DNA of 64,000 nt from contig JAZNCN010000012.1 in assembly GCA_045587545.1 (NCBI GenBank), forward strand, positions 17,159-81,158, read 5' to 3'. This document shows, piece after piece, positions 60,063 to 64,000 of this stretch (position 1 is its first letter; each line of letters opens with the position of its first letter). The position numbers were made by a program, and so were the translations under genes. The stretch is from Candidatus Caccoplasma sp. GTDB taxonomy: Bacteria; Bacteroidota; Bacteroidia; Bacteroidales; G3-4614. The notes below the pieces were generated by a model. It saw only the letters and a program-made list of their open reading frames with translations, was not told the DNA's origin and did not search any database.

Positions 60063-63000
60063 ATGAGAAAAGAAAGTCTTTGTATTGAGAGATTGGCAGA
60101 GCACGTTTTTGCCTATCTAAACCCAAGCTTTTTAACAAAAGTGGGTTTGAGTCTTCTTTTTGCAGCGTTGTTGCCATTGTCAGCAAATGCTGTTCATAAA
60201 GCTGAAAAAGTTGTTGCTACATCAATTGAAAGTGTGGAGCAATCAAGCTTTGTGGTAAAAGGAACTGTAATAGACAACACCAAGGAGCCTCTTATTGGTG
60301 TTAGTGTAATTGTTGAAGGAACTTCAATTGGTACAACTACCGATCTTGATGGTAATTACGAATTGAAGATACCTGATAGCAAAAAGACACTTGTTTTTTC
60401 ATACATTGGTTACGCTGATCAGAAAATTCCTGTAAAAGGAAGAAATCAAATTGACGTAACAATGAGTGAGGACGAGCAAGTTCTTGCAGAGGTTGTCGTT
60501 ACTGCGATGGGTATTGAGCGTAAAGCAGAGTCATTGACTTATGCAACTCAACAAATCGGAGGTAAAGAGTTAACTCGTGCAAAAGAGTCAAACTTCATTA
60601 ACTCTTTGCAAGGAAAAATGGCAGGTCTTACAATTACGCCTAACTCGTCAGGAGCTGGAGGTGGTTCTTCAAAAATTATTCTTCGTGGACAAACCTCAAT
60701 GCTTGGTAATAACCAACCTTTGATTGTATTGGACGGTATTCCTTTGTCAAACGGTCTATCGGCACAAACTTCTGAAATTGCTCTTGAAGGAGGACGTGAC
60801 GGTGGAGATATCTTGTCAACAATTAACCCTGACGATATCGCAAGTATGTCAGTGCTTAAAGGACCCAATGCTGCGGCTCTTTATGGTTCTGCTGCAAACA
60901 ATGGTGTTATCATCATTAATACAAAAGGCGGTCGTGAAGGAAAGATAAGAATTGATGTGTCAAGTAATATAACACTTGAGACTCCTTTATTTACATTCGA
61001 TAAACAAACCGATTTCGCTCCAGAAATGACAGATAAAGGTCCTCTATTGAATGGTTGGGGTTCTTCTGTGTCATCTTTAACAGATGATCAACTTGCACAA
61101 TACCCATATTTGACTCGCAATGCTAAAAATCAAATTAACGATTTCTTCAAAGTAGGTCAAACATATAACAACTCAATAGCATTGAGTGGAGGTACTGAGC
61201 ATACAACATCATACTTCTCATATGGTAATACAGTTCAAAAAGGTTTGTTGGAGCGTAATAAATTCGTACGTCATAACATATTGTTTAAGGAGACATTCAA
61301 TGCATTCAACAATAAGTTGAAAATTGACCTTTCATTAAACTATATTACTCAAAAAACTGAGAACCGTCCTGTTATCGGTAAAGTATTTAATCCATTAACA
61401 GGATTGTATCGTATGCCAACTGCAGTTGATTTGCGTTACTTTAAACAAAACGTAACACATACTGCAACAGCCGATGATGATATTACATCAAAAGGAGGAG
61501 CAAACCTTATTGGTCAACAAATTCAAACATGGCCTTTGTCATTCTCAGGACAAGCATGGATAAACAACCCATACTTTATGCAACAAGCAGTAGATGATGA
61601 GGCAAATCGCGATCGTATTATGGCAAACGTAACAGCTAAATACGAAATCATCAAAGGTTTGGACTTCCAAGCTCGTGTAAGTGTTGATAAAACAATAGAC
61701 AAGAACTACAACTATCGTCAACCATCAATATGGGCAGACCAAAGCCAATATGCATTTGCTAATTACTATAGTGGAGAGAGCTCTTCTCGCGATATCTATT
61801 CAGACTATTTGTTAACTTACAACAAAGAGTTTAAGAATATATCATTCAATGCAACATTGGGATCAAGTTTCAAGAGAACAAAATCTTCAAATACATCAAT
61901 AACAAAATGGACCGACTCAACATTCGTATATCCCAATATGGCATGGCCAAGCCTTGGAAGCAACATGTCAGGTAATGCGAAAGACATTTTGTTAAGTGCA
62001 AATGCATCAGGAGTAAATACAAACTGGGAGACAGCGATCTTTGCAACAGCTCAAGTAGGATTCTGGAACAAAGCATACATCGATGCATCATTCCGTAACG
62101 ACTGGTCAAAAGCATTCCAACAATTTACAACAGATGGTGGATATAAGTCATTTGCATATTGGTCGGTTGGAGGTAATATCCTTCTTGATGAGTTGATAGC
62201 AATGCGTACAAAATTGCGTAATGTTGATCAAATGAAGATACGTGCATCATATTCAGTAGTAGGTAACTCTATTCCTCTATCAGACTACAATGCACAATCA
62301 ATTGACCCATTAACAGGAGCAATCTCTGCTCGTCCTGCATCATTTGATAATCCAAAACCAGAGACTACTGAGGGTATTGAGGTTGGATTTGATGGAGTTT
62401 TCTTCAAAAACAAATTTGACTTTGATGTAACATTCTATCAAAACACCATGTCAAATCAATATTTGAATATTACTACAGCATCAGGACAATCTAAACCTAT
62501 TAACTCAGGTAAAGTACGTAACCGAGGAGTTGAGTTTACCGGTAATTACCATATGAAATTCGGAAAAGATTTCCGTTGGACAACAGGTATTAACTTGGCA
62601 TACAACAACAATAAAATTCTTGAAACATATACACCGGCAGATGGAGGTCAAGTTGAAATCGTAATTGGAGCATCTTCTTTTGCAATTCAATCAAAATATA
62701 AAGTAGGAGGTTCATACGGAGACCTTTACGGAAAAGACTTCTTATATGACAAAGAGACAGGAAAAATCAAACTTGACTCTGAAGGCCGTCCTATGTTTGA
62801 CTCAAAATATGAGAAATATATAGGTAACACAACTGCTAAATTTACATATGGTTGGAATAACACATTCTCTTGGAAAGGTCTTTCAGTATATATGTTGATT
62901 GACGGTAAAGTAGGAGGTAAAGTTGTTTCGTTAACTGAGGCAGATTTAGATTATTTTGGACTATCACAACGTTCAGCTGACGCTCGTATGTCAGGAGAGA

Positions 63001-63350
63001 CAGTTGTATGGGACGGAGTAGAGGTTGCAGCAGTAACTCTTCCCGACGGACAAAAAGTTCCCGCACGCGCATACTATGAAGCAACCGGAACTAACCAAGC
63101 AAACTGTGTTTACGATGCTTCAAACATTCGTTTCCGTGAGATTTCAGTAGGTTATACATTCTATGATTTATTAGGAGTATCAAAGAACCTTACAATCTCA
63201 TTAGTTGGACGTAACCTTGGATTTATCTACAAAAATGCTCCTGTTGACCCAGATATCTCAATGACAGCAGGAAATAACTTTGGTGGAGTTGAGTCATACG
63301 CTCTTCCCACAACACGTAGTTACGGATTTAATATAAAAGTTACATTCTAA
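60063..63350 (+). CDS. SusC/RagA family TonB-dependent transporter
   Basis: EVVVTAMGI, NQPLIVLDGIP, INPDDIASMSVLKGPNAAALYGSAANNGVIIINTK, terminal PTTRSYGFNIKVTF. Confidence 0.95.
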   Translation: MRKESLCIERLAEHVFAYLNPSFLTKVGLSLLFAALLPLSANAVHKAEKVVATSIESVEQSSFVVKGTVIDNTKEPLIGVSVIVEGTSIGTTTDLDGNYELKIPDSKKTLVFSYIGYADQKIPVKGRNQIDVTMSEDEQVLAEVVVTAMGIERKAESLTYATQQIGGKELTRAKESNFINSLQGKMAGLTITPNSSGAGGGSSKIILRGQTSMLGNNQPLIVLDGIPLSNGLSAQTSEIALEGGRDGGDILSTINPDDIASMSVLKGPNAAALYGSAANNGVIIINTKGGREGKIRIDVSSNITLETPLFTFDKQTDFAPEMTDKGPLLNGWGSSVSSLTDDQLAQYPYLTRNAKNQINDFFKVGQTYNNSIALSGGTEHTTSYFSYGNTVQKGLLERNKFVRHNILFKETFNAFNNKLKIDLSLNYITQKTENRPVIGKVFNPLTGLYRMPTAVDLRYFKQNVTHTATADDDITSKGGANLIGQQIQTWPLSFSGQAWINNPYFMQQAVDDEANRDRIMANVTAKYEIIKGLDFQARVSVDKTIDKNYNYRQPSIWADQSQYAFANYYSGESSSRDIYSDYLLTYNKEFKNISFNATLGSSFKRTKSSNTSITKWTDSTFVYPNMAWPSLGSNMSGNAKDILLSANASGVNTNWETAIFATAQVGFWNKAYIDASFRNDWSKAFQQFTTDGGYKSFAYWSVGGNILLDELIAMRTKLRNVDQMKIRASYSVVGNSIPLSDYNAQSIDPLTGAISARPASFDNPKPETTEGIEVGFDGVFFKNKFDFDVTFYQNTMSNQYLNITTASGQSKPINSGKVRNRGVEFTGNYHMKFGKDFRWTTGINLAYNNNKILETYTPADGGQVEIVIGASSFAIQSKYKVGGSYGDLYGKDFLYDKETGKIKLDSEGRPMFDSKYEKYIGNTTAKFTYGWNNTFSWKGLSVYMLIDGKVGGKVVSLTEADLDYFGLSQRSADARMSGETVVWDGVEVAAVTLPDGQKVPARAYYEATGTNQANCVYDASNIRFREISVGYTFYDLLGVSKNLTISLVGRNLGFIYKNAPVDPDISMTAGNNFGGVESYALPTTRSYGFNIKVTF

Positions 63351-63375
63351 TGTAAAAATAAGAAAGGAATAAGAT

Positions 63376-64000
63376 ATGAAACTTATGAATAAATCAATTT
63401 CTATATTCGCAACTCTGTTTGTGGCGTTGTTCCTCTTCTCTTGTGGCGAAAAGCAAACATTGAAGATGTGGCAGATTGTCGATGATTCGCAAGACGTTAC
63501 AAACTCAGGACAAGGAACCGTTGATATAACAGTCTTAAAAGGAGAGTTGCAAACTGCTTTGAGTGACCCCAAAGGCAGTGTAGTTGCAACAAGTGCACAC
63601 GGATATCAATATAGTAATGCTAACTCTGTTGATGTATTTGCAGGATATATGACAGTAAGCCGTTCAGACTTCCAATATGGTCCTGCACTAAACAACACAT
63701 ACCAATGGCCTAACGGATATTACGGATCAGCATGTACAATGGGCCCCACAAGCGCATTGTATAATACATATACATATGCCGAGAGACTTGGAGTACCCGA
63801 ATACAAAGCAATTGCACAAATTGTATATGGTATAACAGCATTGCGTGCAGTAAACAATGCAGGTTGTGTTCCTTATGAAGATAACCGTAGATTGAAAGTA
63901 TCACGTCCTCTAAAATATTCATCACAAGAGGAGACATATAATTTGATTCTTGCCGATTTGAACGAGGCAATAAAAACTCTTAAGGATAGACAACCTAATA
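63376..64000 (+). CDS. SusD/RagB-like lipoprotein (truncated by window end; not in ORF track)
   Basis: MKLMNKSISIFATLFVALFLFSC lipobox; AIAQIV...GCVPY...YSSQEETYNLILADLNEAI is SusD-like; directly follows susC. Confidence 0.85.
   Translation, partial: MKLMNKSISIFATLFVALFLFSCGEKQTLKMWQIVDDSQDVTNSGQGTVDITVLKGELQTALSDPKGSVVATSAHGYQYSNANSVDVFAGYMTVSRSDFQYGPALNNTYQWPNGYYGSACTMGPTSALYNTYTYAERLGVPEYKAIAQIVYGITALRAVNNAGCVPYEDNRRLKVSRPLKYSSQEETYNLILADLNEAIKTLKDRQPN

Overview
AT-rich Bacteroidales-type chromosomal window (TAnnTTTG promoters, SusC/SusD, lipoproteins, no Shine-Dalgarno sites). Most of it is housekeeping: nhaD, thrA-apgM-thrC, dgt, hflX, queH, rplS, rubrerythrin, rmuC, pepD, lpxH, rluD, ddl, ribBA, lptF/G. 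Two accessory loci stand out. (1) Bases 1-8477: a tyrosine recombinase is followed by a ~200-bp segment bounded by perfect 15-bp inverted repeats (587-601 / 775-789). The segment holds a -7 promoter box pointing away from the downstream genes, so it looks like a phase-variable switch captured OFF. Downstream is a tightly packed 8-gene operon: membrane-anchored protein, YidD-like protein, HerA/FtsK-type ATPase with a CxxCxxCxxxC motif, acidic 26-aa-repeat protein, an unannotated 47-aa partial paralog of that protein's C-terminus, SPFH+GYF_2 protein, 4-TM protein and Zn-ribbon/TPR protein. An IS3 remnant closes the locus. (2) Bases 30556-40971: TonB-dependent receptor, DUF4876-like lipoprotein, OM beta-barrel and two tandem exported proteins with gingipain (C25)-like His/Cys motifs. 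Also present are a 149-bp tandemly duplicated long hairpin after thrA, a REP-like intergenic repeat family and two paralogous repeat-stalk surface lipoproteins. No rRNA, tRNA or CRISPR array was recognised. All family assignments come from motif recognition by eye; no database search was run.
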